A stretch of DNA of 64,000 nucleotides from NCBI GenBank assembly GCA_918797485.1, contig CAKKNE010000004.1, positions 992,001 to 1,056,000 on the forward strand, given 5' to 3'. The position numbers and the translations under genes were made by a program. Source of the stretch: Pelagomonas calceolata. Taxonomy: Eukaryota. Shown here piece by piece: positions 42,397-54,135 of this stretch (within the stretch, counting starts at the first letter, position 1; each line of letters opens with the position of its first letter). Under the pieces are notes generated by a model. It was not told the origin of the DNA and made no database searches. It worked only from the letters and a program-made list of their open reading frames with translations.

Positions 42397-44937
42397 CTAC
42401 ACGACCCTTGACCGCCTCCCGTTCGCCCGCTTCCGCTTCGACCCTCGTCCTAATAAAAACGCCGCCAACACCCCAACAAGCGCCCAGACCGGGAATGATG
42501 AAGACGGCTGCACCGTGTCGCGGTGCGCGCGCAGCATGGGGTGGTCGCGGATCGGCGCCGGCGTCGCGACGATGTGGTGCGGCCCGCGTTCCTCAATGTC
42601 GTGGTGGACGGGCACTTCTGTGGGTGAGAAGTTGGCGCTCTCGGCGTGGTCCGACTGGCGCGCGGAGTCTTTGCGCGTGAGGCTGCCCCAGAAGGAGTCG
42701 CGCGACGACGCCAGAGAGTCGCCAGCGTCGCGCGTCTTCGTTATCAACGATCCACCTTTCACCAACTGCGAGAACGAGATCGTCTCCGCTAATTTCGCGC
42801 CGTCCAGCGCCGTCTCCACCACATCTAAGTCAGCTCGATCTTTCCGAAGAGCGGAGATCTCCAGCACCGGGCGCCCCGGCACGTGCAGCGACACCTTCTC
42901 GAACAAAGGCATACCAATCACGTAGTCCGGCGACGCCGGCGACACGGAAAACAGCCCCAATGCGGCTAATACGAACCAGGCGCCCATCTCGCCGTTGTCC
43001 TCGTCGCCGGCGTAAAAGTCGACGCCGTAGGCTCTATCTATAACTTCTCGGACGAGTTTGTCCTGGTCGTTTCTATAGCCCAACAAGCCAAGCAACCACA
43101 ACACGTGATGGCTCGGCTGGTTGTTGTGGCCGTACTGGCCCATGGCCAGCGCGCGCATCTCGCGCATCTCGTGGATCGTCTGGCCGTAGCCTGTGTGTGG
43201 GTAGTGTCTCGAGACGCCATCGACGCGACGCCTCGTTCAAGGACACTGCAAGCGACCCCCGTGATCAAACGTCGACGGCACGCGCGTCATCTGCAAAATC
43301 TTCTCCCTCAACTTCTCCTTCGAGCCATGGAGCCTCGACAACAGCTCCACGTCGAACGGCGGAAACGAGTGGTGCCAAGGCGAGCCCTCTGTATACCCAT
43401 CTCCCCACCGCGTTTCGTCGAAGCGCACGGAGAATCTCCCTGATCGACTCTTGGGCCGCATGAGGCCCGTCTGGTGATCAAAAGACTGGCGCACGGCCTC
43501 CTGGGCCCGCCGCGTCAGCTTCTCGGCGTCCTCCGGATGATGCAATAAACGCGCCGCTTGCGCCGTCGCCCAGTCGGCGTGAGCAAAGTCCAAGGTCCTA
43601 GAAACGCAATCACTGACCCCGGAGTCGTCCGGGATGTAGCCGTGCTGCTCATACACTCGAAGACCGACTTTGCCCACGGCTCCGCCCGGTGGAGCTTCTT
43701 CATAAGCGTCTCGCCGCAGCGCGTTCCAGGCCTTTTGAGCGTCATCTCCCGTCAGCACGCCCTTCACGACGGCCTCCGCCAACACGACGTCGCCGTACGT
43801 GCCGACCATACTATTACGATAGCCCGGCGAGGCCCACTTCGGTATCCAGCCCCCTTCCTCGTAGGCTTTCAGCCAGCCCCGGCAGATCCACTGTAGCGCG
43901 TCGGGATAAAGTAGAGCTAATAAGGGATAGACGGTCCGAAACGTGTCCCAAAACCCATTATCGGTTACGAGCGTGCCTGACTGGACGCCAGATCTGTAAG
44001 GCGACCAGTGGATCGGGCCATTGTCGCCGGGCTCGTCCAGACGTCGAGGAAAGGTCAATGCTCTGTAGAGTCCAGTATAAAACACCTGGAGGTCCCGTGC
44101 GGTCTTGCCCGATAGTTCCGTAGAGTCGACGGACGCCCTTGATAACAGAGAGTTCCACTCGTCCGCTCCTTCCTGTCGCACGGCGTCGTGGGGCTTGAGC
44201 TCTTCCTGCAGATTCCTCGAGGCTTGGGCCTTGCCGATGAACGACGTCGCCAGATGAACTTCCACCGTGGTAGCACCGCGGTCGTAGGAGAAGCAGAAGC
44301 AGTCCCGGCCTCTCCCCTCGAACTGCGCTGGTGTTTTTGACTCCACCCGCAGGTGGTGCGCGAAATTGGAACCAACCGCTCCTGAATGTCTGTTCGTCCG
44401 CGCGTCCACACCTCCATTACTTTGCTCGTAGCCATCATTACCACCACCTCCTAATTTGATACAGATGCGCTTTTCTAGGCGAGCCGTCGCCGGGAAGGTC
44501 ACTCGGAGAGATGCGCCATGCATCGTCGGCGACAACTCAACACGCATCCCATCGGGCGCCGTCCGGAAATCTAGGACATGCGGCAAGACCGTAGCTGCTC
44601 GAGGTTCAAAAAAACCGGTAGGATTCGACGCGAAGCCGCCCATCTGGGGACCGACCATGAACCAGCCGTAGTCGCCGATCCACGGGCTCGGTTGATGGGT
44701 ACATCGTATCCATTTAAATTCATGATCATTACCATTGAACCACCAGGCGCTTCGGCCGTCGTTCGTCTGGAGGGCCCAGTGATTAAATCCCCAGGGCCGG
44801 CCTACCAACGGCAGCGTGTTGCCCGTGCTGAAGACGTCGCCTCTGGTGAAGGAACCAGCTAGCAGGTTGACGTAGTCCACGGGTTGCTCTATGGCTTGTG
44901 TTATTGTGAGTGCTGCGGCGACGAGCGGCAGCCGCAT
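42397..44937 (-). CDS. GH92 alpha-1,2-mannosidase; exons 44937-43257, 43190-42397
   Basis: GNTLP, THQPSPWIGDYG, GFWDTFR, SRTLDFA, YTEGSPW, GQYGHNNQPSHH, GDEDNGEMGAW; signal peptide and C-terminal TM helix. Confidence 0.93.
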
Positions 44938-45108
44938 GGCGCTCGTCTACGAGGCCGCGGCGCCGACAGCTATGTTGGCACGGTGCGCAGCTTGTGGATG
45001 ACAGTCTGCCGCGACGCAGCGCTGCAGAGGCGTCTCTTCTTGCACGTTGCAATGCCACGCGCACGAGACGGCAGCTTTTTCACGCCGCGAGGACGATTAG
45101 AAAATCGG

Positions 45109-45132
45109 GCTAGCGTTGTGTAAGACACTAGC
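45109..45132 (+). promoter_or_regulatory. CTAG inverted-repeat element in a divergent promoter
   Basis: GCTAGCGTTGTGTAAGACACTAGC, centred between ATG 44937 (-) and ATG 45309 (+). Confidence 0.65.
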
Positions 45133-45308
45133 CGGCTTTTTGCTCGGAGCTGCTGCAGCCACTGCAACTCGTACCCATCATTCCCGCAATCGTGCGCCCG
45201 TCTCGGAGTTGCGCGACGACCTACTGACTCGACGCAGACGCGTGCAACCACTCATCGTTGCAACGGTGACGAGCACAGGGCAACTGGCCAGCTCGACGTC
45301 ATCGAGAA

Positions 45309-46262
45309 ATGCTGCGGCTAGTATGTACCGTGGTGGCCGCGTCGCTGGTCAGCGCGACGGCGGACAGTAGCGCTACACGCTGGGAGGCAGCAAAACTCGT
45401 GAGTGGCTTCCTGGGCCTCGACAAACAACGGGAAGCGCAGGCGCCGCCGCGCGGCCTCCAAGTCATTGGCGGCGGCTTCGCCCGGACCGGCACGAAGTCC
45501 ACCGAAGCAGCTCTCATAAAACTAGGCCACAAGATCTACGACACGCGGTCCATCTTGGAATGCAAACACGCGGACCGCTGGGTCAAAGCCGCCCAACAAC
45601 TGCGTGACGGCAAGGATGCGGAACTCCGGGCGCTGCTCGCCGACGTGGAGCAGCGGGGGTACACCGCGACTTTAGATTTTCCAGTGAACCTCTTCGCCAA
45701 AGCTCTGGCCGACCTCCGCCCTCAAGCAAAAGTCCTCTTCACGACGCGCAACCTGGACAACTGGTACCGCTCCTGGCGCGACGTCAATCAAATTCTGGGC
45801 GTGTTTGTCTTGAGGCCGTGGTCGTGGCTCGTCGACTTTGGGTTCACCGAACCGTTATGCGAGGCCTTCGGGTTTGAATTTATTGTGGCGCGCTACCCCG
45901 ACCACGTCGACCGCGTCTTGCCGTGGTTCGAGCGTGTTCGTACTTTACCTTCCCTCGACCCGGAAGGTTCCAAGGAGCGCTGGGTCGCCTTCCACGAGAA
46001 GACTCGTATTGAATTGGTGAAGGCGCACGGCGACCGCGTATTGATCTTCGACGTCCGCGAGGGCTGGGCGCCGCTACTCACGTTTCTGGAAGTAGACGAT
46101 GAAAAACTCGCTTCAGAGGAGTTCCCGCGCGTCAACGACGTCCAGTCCCTCAAGACCGTGCGGAGAGTGATGGATTTCATAGCGCTCTTCCTCCCGCTCT
46201 GGCCCATGCTAGTACTATACGCGATCTACGCAATGACGAAAAAGAAGGTCAAGACCGCCTAA
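45309..46262 (+). CDS. Sulfotransfer_4-family P-loop protein
   Basis: LQVIGGGFARTGTKS, DFP, AKVLFTTR..DNWYRS, VREGWAPL, FPRVN. Confidence 0.85.
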   Translation: MLRLVCTVVAASLVSATADSSATRWEAAKLVSGFLGLDKQREAQAPPRGLQVIGGGFARTGTKSTEAALIKLGHKIYDTRSILECKHADRWVKAAQQLRDGKDAELRALLADVEQRGYTATLDFPVNLFAKALADLRPQAKVLFTTRNLDNWYRSWRDVNQILGVFVLRPWSWLVDFGFTEPLCEAFGFEFIVARYPDHVDRVLPWFERVRTLPSLDPEGSKERWVAFHEKTRIELVKAHGDRVLIFDVREGWAPLLTFLEVDDEKLASEEFPRVNDVQSLKTVRRVMDFIALFLPLWPMLVLYAIYAMTKKKVKTA

Positions 46263-46280
46263 TGTTACGTGTGACTACTC

Positions 46281-46694
46281 CTATCGTTTCTTCTTCGCCT
46301 TCTTCTCGGAGACGGTCTCGCCCGTGTCCGGGTCGATGCCCATCATGTCGTAGACGCGCGCGTAGCTTTCCTTCCAGTGCGCGCGCATGACGGGATACTG
46401 CGTCAAACCGAGGACGACGGCGCAGACGAACCAGTTCGTCGCGATGTTCGGGATCTCCTTGGACCCGATGGCGAGCCACATGAAGGTCAGGACGACGAGG
46501 GAGAAGCGGGCCTGTGCGTGTTTTAGTGTTGATGGCGTCGTTTTGTGTGATTCGAGACGCGGCGTCAGTACGCAGTGCGCGACGACCTTGAGCCACGTCG
46601 GCGTGTTGATGGCGGCCTGGCGCTGCTTCTCGGACTGGGCCATTCTTCTGTAGTCGAGCTGACGCGACATGCCGCTTTGCTTGGAGCGGCCCAT
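46281..46694 (-). CDS. Small membrane protein; probable in-frame 60-bp intron 46512-46571
   Basis: Two hydrophobic segments; GT...CACGCACAG insert with ACGCCATC motif and low-GC3 composition. Confidence 0.6.
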   Translation of the reverse strand: MGRSKQSGMSRQLDYRRMAQSEKQRQAAINTPTWLKVVAHCVLTPRLESHKTTPSTLKHAQARFSLVVLTFMWLAIGSKEIPNIATNWFVCAVVLGLTQYPVMRAHWKESYARVYDMMGIDPDTGETVSEKKAKKKR

Positions 46695-47091
46695 GGTTGC
46701 AAGTGGGGGGTGGCGGCTCGCGCGTCGGCTCGACGTGGGCAGAGGCGGTTTCGGGTGGCAGCTCGGCTACTTTGCAGGGGCGAGCGGTGAGGCTCTTCCA
46801 ACGCTATCGGCGGATGAATTCGTGGAAAAAAGGAGGTCCGATGCGTCAACCTGGCAGCTCTTTTGCCTTGGCCTTGCAAAATTTAATGCGCACTGCTGGA
46901 AAATCCTAGAGTGCGTGTTACGCTAGCTGTTAGTCGAGCGCGCGGCCGCGCCAGACGCTATTGCTGCAGAGAGCAGCCAGAACCGCTTCGGGAGTGCCAA
47001 AACTACGTCTTCTTGCAGTCCGCAACGTCACATCCATCTCTGCCGCGAGACACAGTCCGAGCCGAGCCCTGCCACTGCCAGTAGTGAAACC

Positions 47092-48015
47092 ATGCGCCGA
47101 GGCACCGACAGCCACCGTACGCCGGTCTCGGAGAAGAAGGCGGCGCCGCAAAAGCGCCGCCTCAATCTGTCCTGCCTCTTCCCGCTCTACGTCGTCATCG
47201 CGCTGGGCTGGCTCGCGTCCGTGCGCCTCCGACCGGCAAGGCGGGTGCCCACCGGCGACGCGGCTACTCTGGAACGTGCGAGAGCCGCGGGCTGTCTGTC
47301 ATCATTGGATGAATTATCCGAAGCCGAACGCCGCCCCACCAAAAGTCGGAGGCACATGGTCGAGCCACCTCCGTCGACAATAGCGCTGGTCTGCTGCCTT
47401 ACGACGAAGGGGCCCTTGTCCATAGCTATAAGGCCGCGCTGGGCGCCGCGCGGCGCGAGACGCTTCTACGACATGGTGAGATCAAATTACTTTTCAGCAA
47501 GAGTACCACTCTTCCGCTGCATCAAGAATTTTCTGTGCCAATGGGGCATCGCGGGTCGCGAGCACACGCCAGATGAGTTCAGAAAAAGTTTCGCGGACGA
47601 CCCGTCGTGGCTGCCGTGGGGGCCGAAGTTTTGGAGTGTCGATGGGGTGGCGAGGTTCGCCGAAGGGTATCTCGCGTATGCGGGAGGCGGGAAAAATTCC
47701 CGGGGCAACCAGTTCATTTTGGGATTGGTGCCCAACCAACGGTTATGTGGTGGGAGCCCCTGGGAGGTGCCATGGGGGGAGCTCGTCGGCGAGAGGTCGT
47801 TCGCCACTCTATCTCAGATCCACACGGGCTACGGCGACAACGGCCCGACGCAGGGGTATTTACATTCGCATGGCGCGGACGCGGCGCTTGCTTCGAAGTT
47901 TCCGCTGCTGGACTACGTGGACAGTTGCGACGTCGTGGATGATGAGACTTCCGAGGCGGACTGGGCGCCCTATCCAGACGGGTTCGTGCATGCCACGTTC
48001 GCGAAGAGCTCGTAA
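47092..48015 (+). CDS. Cyclophilin-like peptidyl-prolyl isomerase domain protein, membrane-anchored
   Basis: TTKG, WAPRGARRF, LFRCIKNFLCQWGI, LAYAGGGKNSRGNQF. Confidence 0.8.
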   Translation: MRRGTDSHRTPVSEKKAAPQKRRLNLSCLFPLYVVIALGWLASVRLRPARRVPTGDAATLERARAAGCLSSLDELSEAERRPTKSRRHMVEPPPSTIALVCCLTTKGPLSIAIRPRWAPRGARRFYDMVRSNYFSARVPLFRCIKNFLCQWGIAGREHTPDEFRKSFADDPSWLPWGPKFWSVDGVARFAEGYLAYAGGGKNSRGNQFILGLVPNQRLCGGSPWEVPWGELVGERSFATLSQIHTGYGDNGPTQGYLHSHGADAALASKFPLLDYVDSCDVVDDETSEADWAPYPDGFVHATFAKSS

Positions 48016-48203
48016 GTTTGTGTTGTTCTGTCTCCTCGGCGACGTCGTGCCGTCGTAGGTATTCCCGCGCCTCGGCCCCGGGCGATGGAATGATGACGCG
48101 CCTCCGAGCTAACACTCGGGGCGACGGCGTATGAGGGCCGGGGGCGGGGCGCTCCGCTGCTACGCGGCCTAGCTCTGAGCAAAGCAATGATGGGAATAAA
48201 CTT

Positions 48204-48227
48204 GCTAGTGTCTTACATGCCGCTAGC
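48204..48227 (-). promoter_or_regulatory. CTAG inverted-repeat upstream element (consensus copy)
   Basis: GCTAGTGTCTTACATGCCGCTAGC, 190 nt upstream of ATG 48417. Confidence 0.65.
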
Positions 48228-48416
48228 TCCGCTTCGCTGCCGGCTTTGTACTGGCTAAGCTCGCACGTTGAGGCCCTTGTGATCGCGTAAGAACGCGTGA
48301 GAGCATCTCACCGAGCACCGCTGCCAGTCAACTCTGCCAGCCAACGCTGCCAGCCGGCCGCCACCGCGCTCACCATCACACTAACCAGGGAGGACCGCCC
48401 GCGCCGCACACAAATA

Positions 48417-49304
48417 ATGGCCGACGCCCCGCCGCCGAAGCGGAGCAAGTTCTCCGACGCACCGCCGCCGCAGGAGCCCGATGATTTGGTCTCGAGCTTC
48501 CTGAAAGAAATAGCCGAAAAACCGGCACCGCCGAAGCCGCCGCTGCCCCCGGCTCAAAACATGAAGCCGCCCCCCAAGATCTACTTCGACGTTTTGAGAG
48601 GCGAAGGTGATGATGAAGGAGAGTTACTTGGGAGACTAGATTTATCTGGCGCCTCCCAATTAACTTTTGGGAGAGACGCATCGAGGGTCGACGTCCCGCT
48701 CGAGCACGGCTCCGTCTCGAGGCACCACGCGACGATCACCTTCGACGCGGACGTGGCCTACATCTCGGACATTAAGTCGACGCACGGGACCTACGTTACT
48801 ACACCAGATGGCGGTGAGGAAAAGATCTCCACTCTCACGCGCTTGGACGAAGGCGCCACAGTTAGGTTCGGCGAATCATCACGAAGATATGTGCTCAGGA
48901 GGTCCGCCCAAGGGACGACGCGGGCCGTACAACAGCAGCAACCAGTAATGCAGGAAGTGACGGTCATACTCCAAGTGCCCTCAGCAACTTCTGGCCGGTT
49001 GACGGGCCAGAAGGGCCGTGCGTTGGAACAAGTGAGGTACCGGACGGGTGCTACGATGAGGGTTTTACCACCACCGGCCGAGGACAAGGACGATGGTTTG
49101 AGGGGCGTCGAGATCAAGGGTCCGGTGGATGCGGTGGCCGCCGCTAGATTGGAGCTCCTGGCGATCACGCAGTGCCGGGGAACCCCAGCACCCTTGGGCG
49201 GGGACGGCCAGCGCTTCCGCTACGCGTCTACGGTCGTCAGCGCGCGCGGCGACGACGACGACTTGTACGACGGGGGCCAGTTCGGGAAACCTGGGAAGAT
49301 CTAA
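48417..49304 (+). CDS. FHA plus KH domain protein
   Basis: FGR...VSRHHA...DIKSTHGT...VRFGESSR; GRLTGQKGRALEQVRYRTGA. Confidence 0.85.
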   Translation: MADAPPPKRSKFSDAPPPQEPDDLVSSFLKEIAEKPAPPKPPLPPAQNMKPPPKIYFDVLRGEGDDEGELLGRLDLSGASQLTFGRDASRVDVPLEHGSVSRHHATITFDADVAYISDIKSTHGTYVTTPDGGEEKISTLTRLDEGATVRFGESSRRYVLRRSAQGTTRAVQQQQPVMQEVTVILQVPSATSGRLTGQKGRALEQVRYRTGATMRVLPPPAEDKDDGLRGVEIKGPVDAVAAARLELLAITQCRGTPAPLGGDGQRFRYASTVVSARGDDDDLYDGGQFGKPGKI

Positions 49305-49380
49305 TTTTACAGTCACACACATTAGTCGTTGTCAGCGCGATGGCGTGGCGTGCCGGCGCTCCACGCCATCGACGCGGCGC

Positions 49381-50532
49381 TCACGCGCGGCACGAATCCG
49401 GCGTCGCCAGCTTGATAGCCGCGAGCAAGTCGCGCACCTCGTTTCGCTGGTCGTCGTTCCGCCAGTGCCGCGAATACCCACCCAAGTCCGAAGGAGCCTT
49501 CGGCCACCGCTCCAGAACCGCATCCAAGTCACTTCGCACCGCATCATAAATGGCGTGCTGCTCCGCACTTTCGACGTAGTGGAACGAGATTGCATCGGAA
49601 GCGCAGCCGTCGTACGACGGCCAGGGCAAGTTGCTGTTCATGCGGACGTACCAGTCGTCGAGCGCCTTTGTGGCAATGCGCACGGGGCCGTAGGCGTGGA
49701 AGCGGTGGCCTTCTTCTTCTTTTTGAGTGTCTACTGGTTTGACGCCGTGGCGCTGCAGGCACCTTGCTAATACCAAGCCCGGATTTCCTTGGAGCCACTT
49801 CTCTCCTCTCTTGGCGTCGCACGGGGCCGTGCCCCAGTGCCGCTCCACCAACTCCAGCGTCGGCCTCGTAAGAACGTAGCCGGCGGCGCCGCTGTTGAAG
49901 ATCTCGACACTTTTGCCCCGTTTTTGCGCTAATGCCCTACCCGCGTACGCCGGTTTGCTCGGATCTATGCTCTTCAGAAAACACGCAAGATTCTCGGGAA
50001 TGACCGCCGTGTGGTCGTTGGCCATGAACACGTAGGAAGCCTTTGCGAGTAACGCTTGGGCGAGGACCCAGCGCAAACGTTCCACTCCCAATTCCTCGCC
50101 GATCGACGCAGGTACTTGCAGCGCGTAGGGGTACCCTCCACACGGCGCCGGGAATGGTAGAGGTGGATAGGGCGACGCCTTCGTCGTCACAAAAACCGCG
50201 CGCGCTTTTGGCCCCCAGGTCTGTGCGATGGCTTGTAAACGTTGTGGCCGTTTTGGGGGGTTGACTACTGATGGTAGTACAATTGTGATGAAGTTGTGTT
50301 GTGAGCAGGGGAGGATCTCTGGCGGCGGCGGTGGTGGCGGTGGTGGTGGTGCCGCTGCTGCTGCCGGCGCGGGCTCTTCGACAGGTGATAATGCCGCGCC
50401 CGTCGCGTAGGCGCCGATGAACGCGGAGGCGAGCAATGCCACTTTGACCAGCTCGCGCCACTGGTTCGGCTCGTACGTCGTTTGCGGTGCTCGCGCGGAG
50501 GCTGTGTCGATGGTCGAGCGCTTGCGGCGCAT
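49381..50532 (-). CDS. GT31 (Fringe/C1GALT1-like) glycosyltransferase
   Basis: Type II TM helix plus Pro stem; AIAQTWG, ANDHTAVIPENL, FNSGAAGYVL, LARCL, AISFHYV. Confidence 0.8.
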   Translation of the reverse strand: MRRKRSTIDTASARAPQTTYEPNQWRELVKVALLASAFIGAYATGAALSPVEEPAPAAAAAPPPPPPPPPPEILPCSQHNFITIVLPSVVNPPKRPQRLQAIAQTWGPKARAVFVTTKASPYPPLPFPAPCGGYPYALQVPASIGEELGVERLRWVLAQALLAKASYVFMANDHTAVIPENLACFLKSIDPSKPAYAGRALAQKRGKSVEIFNSGAAGYVLTRPTLELVERHWGTAPCDAKRGEKWLQGNPGLVLARCLQRHGVKPVDTQKEEEGHRFHAYGPVRIATKALDDWYVRMNSNLPWPSYDGCASDAISFHYVESAEQHAIYDAVRSDLDAVLERWPKAPSDLGGYSRHWRNDDQRNEVRDLLAAIKLATPDSCRA

Positions 50533-50664
50533 TGTGTGCCCGCAGCGATCGAAGCGATGCAAATTTGGGATCTTGCAGCAATGCTGCGGTTCAGAGGATT
50601 CCCAAACGCATGCGTAACAGCCCGGAAGGCTGGCTATTGGCTTGTGCTCGGCCGCTTGTAGGTT

Positions 50665-50698
50665 GCTAGTGTCTTACCTGTAAGTACAGGCCGCTAGC
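50665..50698 (-). promoter_or_regulatory. CTAG inverted-repeat element with 10-nt longer spacer
   Basis: GCTAGTGTCTTACCTGTAAGTACAGGCCGCTAGC upstream of ATG 50532. Confidence 0.55.
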
Positions 50699-50894
50699 GC
50701 GATTTCCTAACCCTGGAAGCCGCGCCCAGGGACGGTATCCCCTCAAACTGGATCATTGCCGGCGAGGCGGGATTTTGCGGGCCGGCTGTCGCCAATCCCT
50801 ACAGTACGCCGCGGTGACACGTGTACGGGCCGTGCTAGAGGGGCTAGCTCAATAAACGACCCCCAACGCCGCCGCCGCGAGTCAAGAAACACTC

Positions 50895-51971
50895 TTAGGT
50901 CGGCGGGTCCCAGGTGCACTCGCCCGTCGTCTCGTGGACGTAGTACTCCCGGCCCGAAGAGACGTCTGGTTTGGCCCACCAACCCCCACCAATCGCCCGC
51001 GCCTGCTGCGGCGGCGGCTGGGGCCAGTACCGTTGGGAGGGTGCTGGAATTAAAACAGCCGCTTTCCTTTTCCGGTCGTCCTTCGGTAAAACGCAGCCAT
51101 ACCCCGCCAGAAAATCGTCTTGTAAATTTCGCGGCAACGACTGCGCTTGGTCCAGCAGGATCTGATGGAGGCGACCTCGCTCGGCTAAATCCATGTCTTC
51201 CGGGTACTGGACGCGCCAGAAGTCGGAGGGAGCCGGCGACAAAGGTACCTGATCTCGACACTGAGGACACTTGATTAGTAAATGTGATTCTGACGGGTGA
51301 TACTCGAAGCAGTCGCCGTGCCAGGCGCCGTAGCAGCCTGCTACTTCGCAGAAGTACAATTCTCTTTGTGATTCGCCGCTCTGCCCACACTTCAGGCATC
51401 TCGAGGATAGCTGTCGAGCTCTAGCTGACAGATCATCGGACCGCGGCGCCTTCTTCGCCGGCCGCTTCCTCTCACTACATTCGGGGCACACATAGTCGCC
51501 CTCCGGAGGATCACTGAGACCGGAGCACGTCAGATGTCTCTCCGCCTCGCAGATTTCGCAGATCAGGACGTTGCTCATCGGCTGACCACTTTCAGTCAGC
51601 GTCGATCGGCCGCACGCATCACACACGTCGTCCAGATCATCATCATTCCACGCGGCCCACGGGTCGTCCTTCGCGAGAGGTGTTTTTGCGGCTTTTTTTG
51701 GCTTTTCCGTCGCTGGTTTGCGTTCCCGCTTCGCGACCGGATTTATATGCGGACCTTCATCCAAATACCAGACGAAGCCCTTGCCCACGTCGTGTGCTAA
51801 ATCGGCCGGCGTGCCGCCCTTGGCCAGGAATTCGGCGACGGTCGTCGCACTCTTATAAGCTTCGTAGCGCCTCCAGGACTTGGACTGGTCCCTTTTCGGG
51901 TTGTCCTGCTGGCATTCTAGAGCGCGGGCGCCCTTGTCCTCCTTCGGCGCGGCTTCTTCGGCGTCGGCCAT
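50895..51971 (-). CDS. PHD finger plus WW domain protein
   Basis: CDACG...LICEICEAERHLTC...YVCPEC; second C4HC3-like finger; GGGW...SGREYYVHETTGECTWDPP. Confidence 0.82.
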   Translation of the reverse strand: MADAEEAAPKEDKGARALECQQDNPKRDQSKSWRRYEAYKSATTVAEFLAKGGTPADLAHDVGKGFVWYLDEGPHINPVAKRERKPATEKPKKAAKTPLAKDDPWAAWNDDDLDDVCDACGRSTLTESGQPMSNVLICEICEAERHLTCSGLSDPPEGDYVCPECSERKRPAKKAPRSDDLSARARQLSSRCLKCGQSGESQRELYFCEVAGCYGAWHGDCFEYHPSESHLLIKCPQCRDQVPLSPAPSDFWRVQYPEDMDLAERGRLHQILLDQAQSLPRNLQDDFLAGYGCVLPKDDRKRKAAVLIPAPSQRYWPQPPPQQARAIGGGWWAKPDVSSGREYYVHETTGECTWDPPT

Positions 51972-52175
51972 CCGTGCGACGCGCGCTCTCTGCCTTCTCC
52001 TGCGCGCGGCTCGAGACTGGCTCTTTGCTTTCGGGTGCACTGGGGGCGTCACGCGCGCGGCCAGCGATGACGAGGCGGCGGCGCAGGGATGCGAGACAGA
52101 TGCTACGCAATCGCTGCGCGGCTGACGGTTGCCGTAGCCCTGCTCCCGGGCCGATTGCTTGCACAAAGCCGGCTT

Positions 52176-52199
52176 GCTAGTGCCTTACATGCCGCTAGC
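52176..52199 (-). promoter_or_regulatory. CTAG inverted-repeat element in a divergent promoter
   Basis: GCTAGTGCCTTACATGCCGCTAGC. Confidence 0.65.
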
Positions 52200-52573
52200 C
52201 CGCGTTCGTTTCCGCGAAGAAACAGAGCCCGTGCACGGCGAGGCGACGCCTCTGGTACTGCTCCGCTCCGCCCGCAGCTCGCGCCCGACTTGCAAAAAAG
52301 CCTGCAAAGACACAGATAATCTCGCGGCCCTCAAGCGGATATCCGGCGACCCGAGCCGACGCTTGGGTCATCAGAAATACGCTTTCAATCGACGCGATAG
52401 GCGCGAGCCGTCGCGAGGCCGCGAGCAAGGCGAGGATCCAGCAGAGGCTAAATCGAAAAAGCTCTCGCGACGAGCGCGCGGCGCGCGCCGGACCGAGCCG
52501 CGGCGCCCCCGCCCGCCCGCGGACCAGCGCATCGTCGCGCGACGCCCAGCGAGACTCGCAGTCCGGCGCTACG

Positions 52574-53973
52574 ATGGCGTCACCACTGGACGACATCGGT
52601 GACGGAGCCCCGATGGACGAGACGCCCTCGAACACGTCTTTGCTGAGCTTTGACCTGGGCAGCGGCCTCACGCCGAAGATGAGCTGGCTGGCTTCGCGGA
52701 CGCGGGACGGGCTTGGGCCCTCGGCTCTACAGAGGCAAGGGTCTGGCGGCGAATCCTTGGGTTCATTACCTTCTCGCGATTTATTGGCCAATCTCACGGA
52801 TCCGATCTCGCCGTCGGTAGCACCTTACTTACAAAGTTTGATGTCCCCGCGCGAAGCCAGTGCGTTGCCGGCCCAGCCGTCGCGACCTCCAACGACGCAG
52901 GAGGCCGAAGCCTTGGAGAACTGGGCCAAGTTGGCCCAGAGGCCCTTTTCCGGAGGGGCTTTGGCTAATAGTTCAGCTCGATTGTTCGCGCGCCGTCTGT
53001 CGGAGGCAGTGCAGCGCCACATGGCCGGGTCCGACGGGACGCCGATCGGCCACCTAGGGCAACAAGGACACGCTCTTATAGAAAGAGCCGTGCACTGGCC
53101 GGCCCGAACTTTGAGAGGAGTGATCCGGCTCCTGGAGTGCCTCGACCGGAGCCCGGAGGCCTCGTTCGCCCAGTTCCTGTGCCTCATGGGCGACCTCGAG
53201 ATGACGTCGCGGCCGTCGATCACGCCGCCGGTGGAGAAGCGGTCGCGGCCGCGTCCTTTGTCACGCGCCGTCGACGCGACACGTCCTGAAGCCGCCGCGA
53301 CACCGTGTATCGTCCACGCAGGTCCTCCAGTTTCTTCGGGAAAATCCCGTCGCTCACGTCGCCGAAGAAGCAGGACGCCGCGCGCGCGTTTTATGACGGA
53401 TTCTTGAGAAACGTCCACAAGTCGGCGGAGGGCGCGCCCTTCGTCGTGACGGGGTATATCGTGGTCGATTACGCGCCGGAAATCCTGCGACCGACGTGTG
53501 CGCGACTACGCGCCGCCGCATTGGCGGCAGCCCTCTTCGCGGCCGACGCGAGAACGGAAGGCGGTGTCTGTGTATTTACACCTCCCTCATTGAAGGGTGG
53601 ACCGGAGACCGAGGTTAGATTTGACAGTACGTATTGTTCCAAGGCGCCCGAACCCGTGAAAACGCAACTGGGCTCGCCCGCGGGGTTGGCGGCCGCTCTC
53701 TTGGACCACAATGAAATGAGGAACTTCGCGCCCAGTGAACAGCACACGAAGGAGTTGGAGCACATCTACGAGTCCGCGCGGCGGTCGCGGTTGTGCTACG
53801 CGTCCTGGCTGACGCCGTTTGACCTCCACGTCACGCCCACCGTCTCGATGCGCTGCCAGCAGTGCTACGCGCGCGACCCGCACGCCGCGACGACGGCGTT
53901 TGCCGTCGCGGGAGCCTTCGTGCCGCGCGCGGCGGCACCGCCGCGGCGCTTCTTCGCGGAGCCGGCGCCGTGA
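52574..53973 (+). CDS. Hypothetical protein; exons 52574-53241, 53322-53973
   Basis: An 80-bp GT-AG intron joins two track ORFs in frame. Confidence 0.65.
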
Positions 53974-54135
53974 GTTGGCCTTGATTCCTTCCCCCGGGGG
54001 TCGCATTAGGCACACCGTACCACTCGTGCGTAGGGTTTGAAAGACGCACGCGCGCGCCTCCAGCCCAGCCCGCACTGTGAGAGCATCTTGAGAGCGCTGT
54101 GTGCAGCGCGGTCGCGAGGGGCAGCCCGAAACGCC

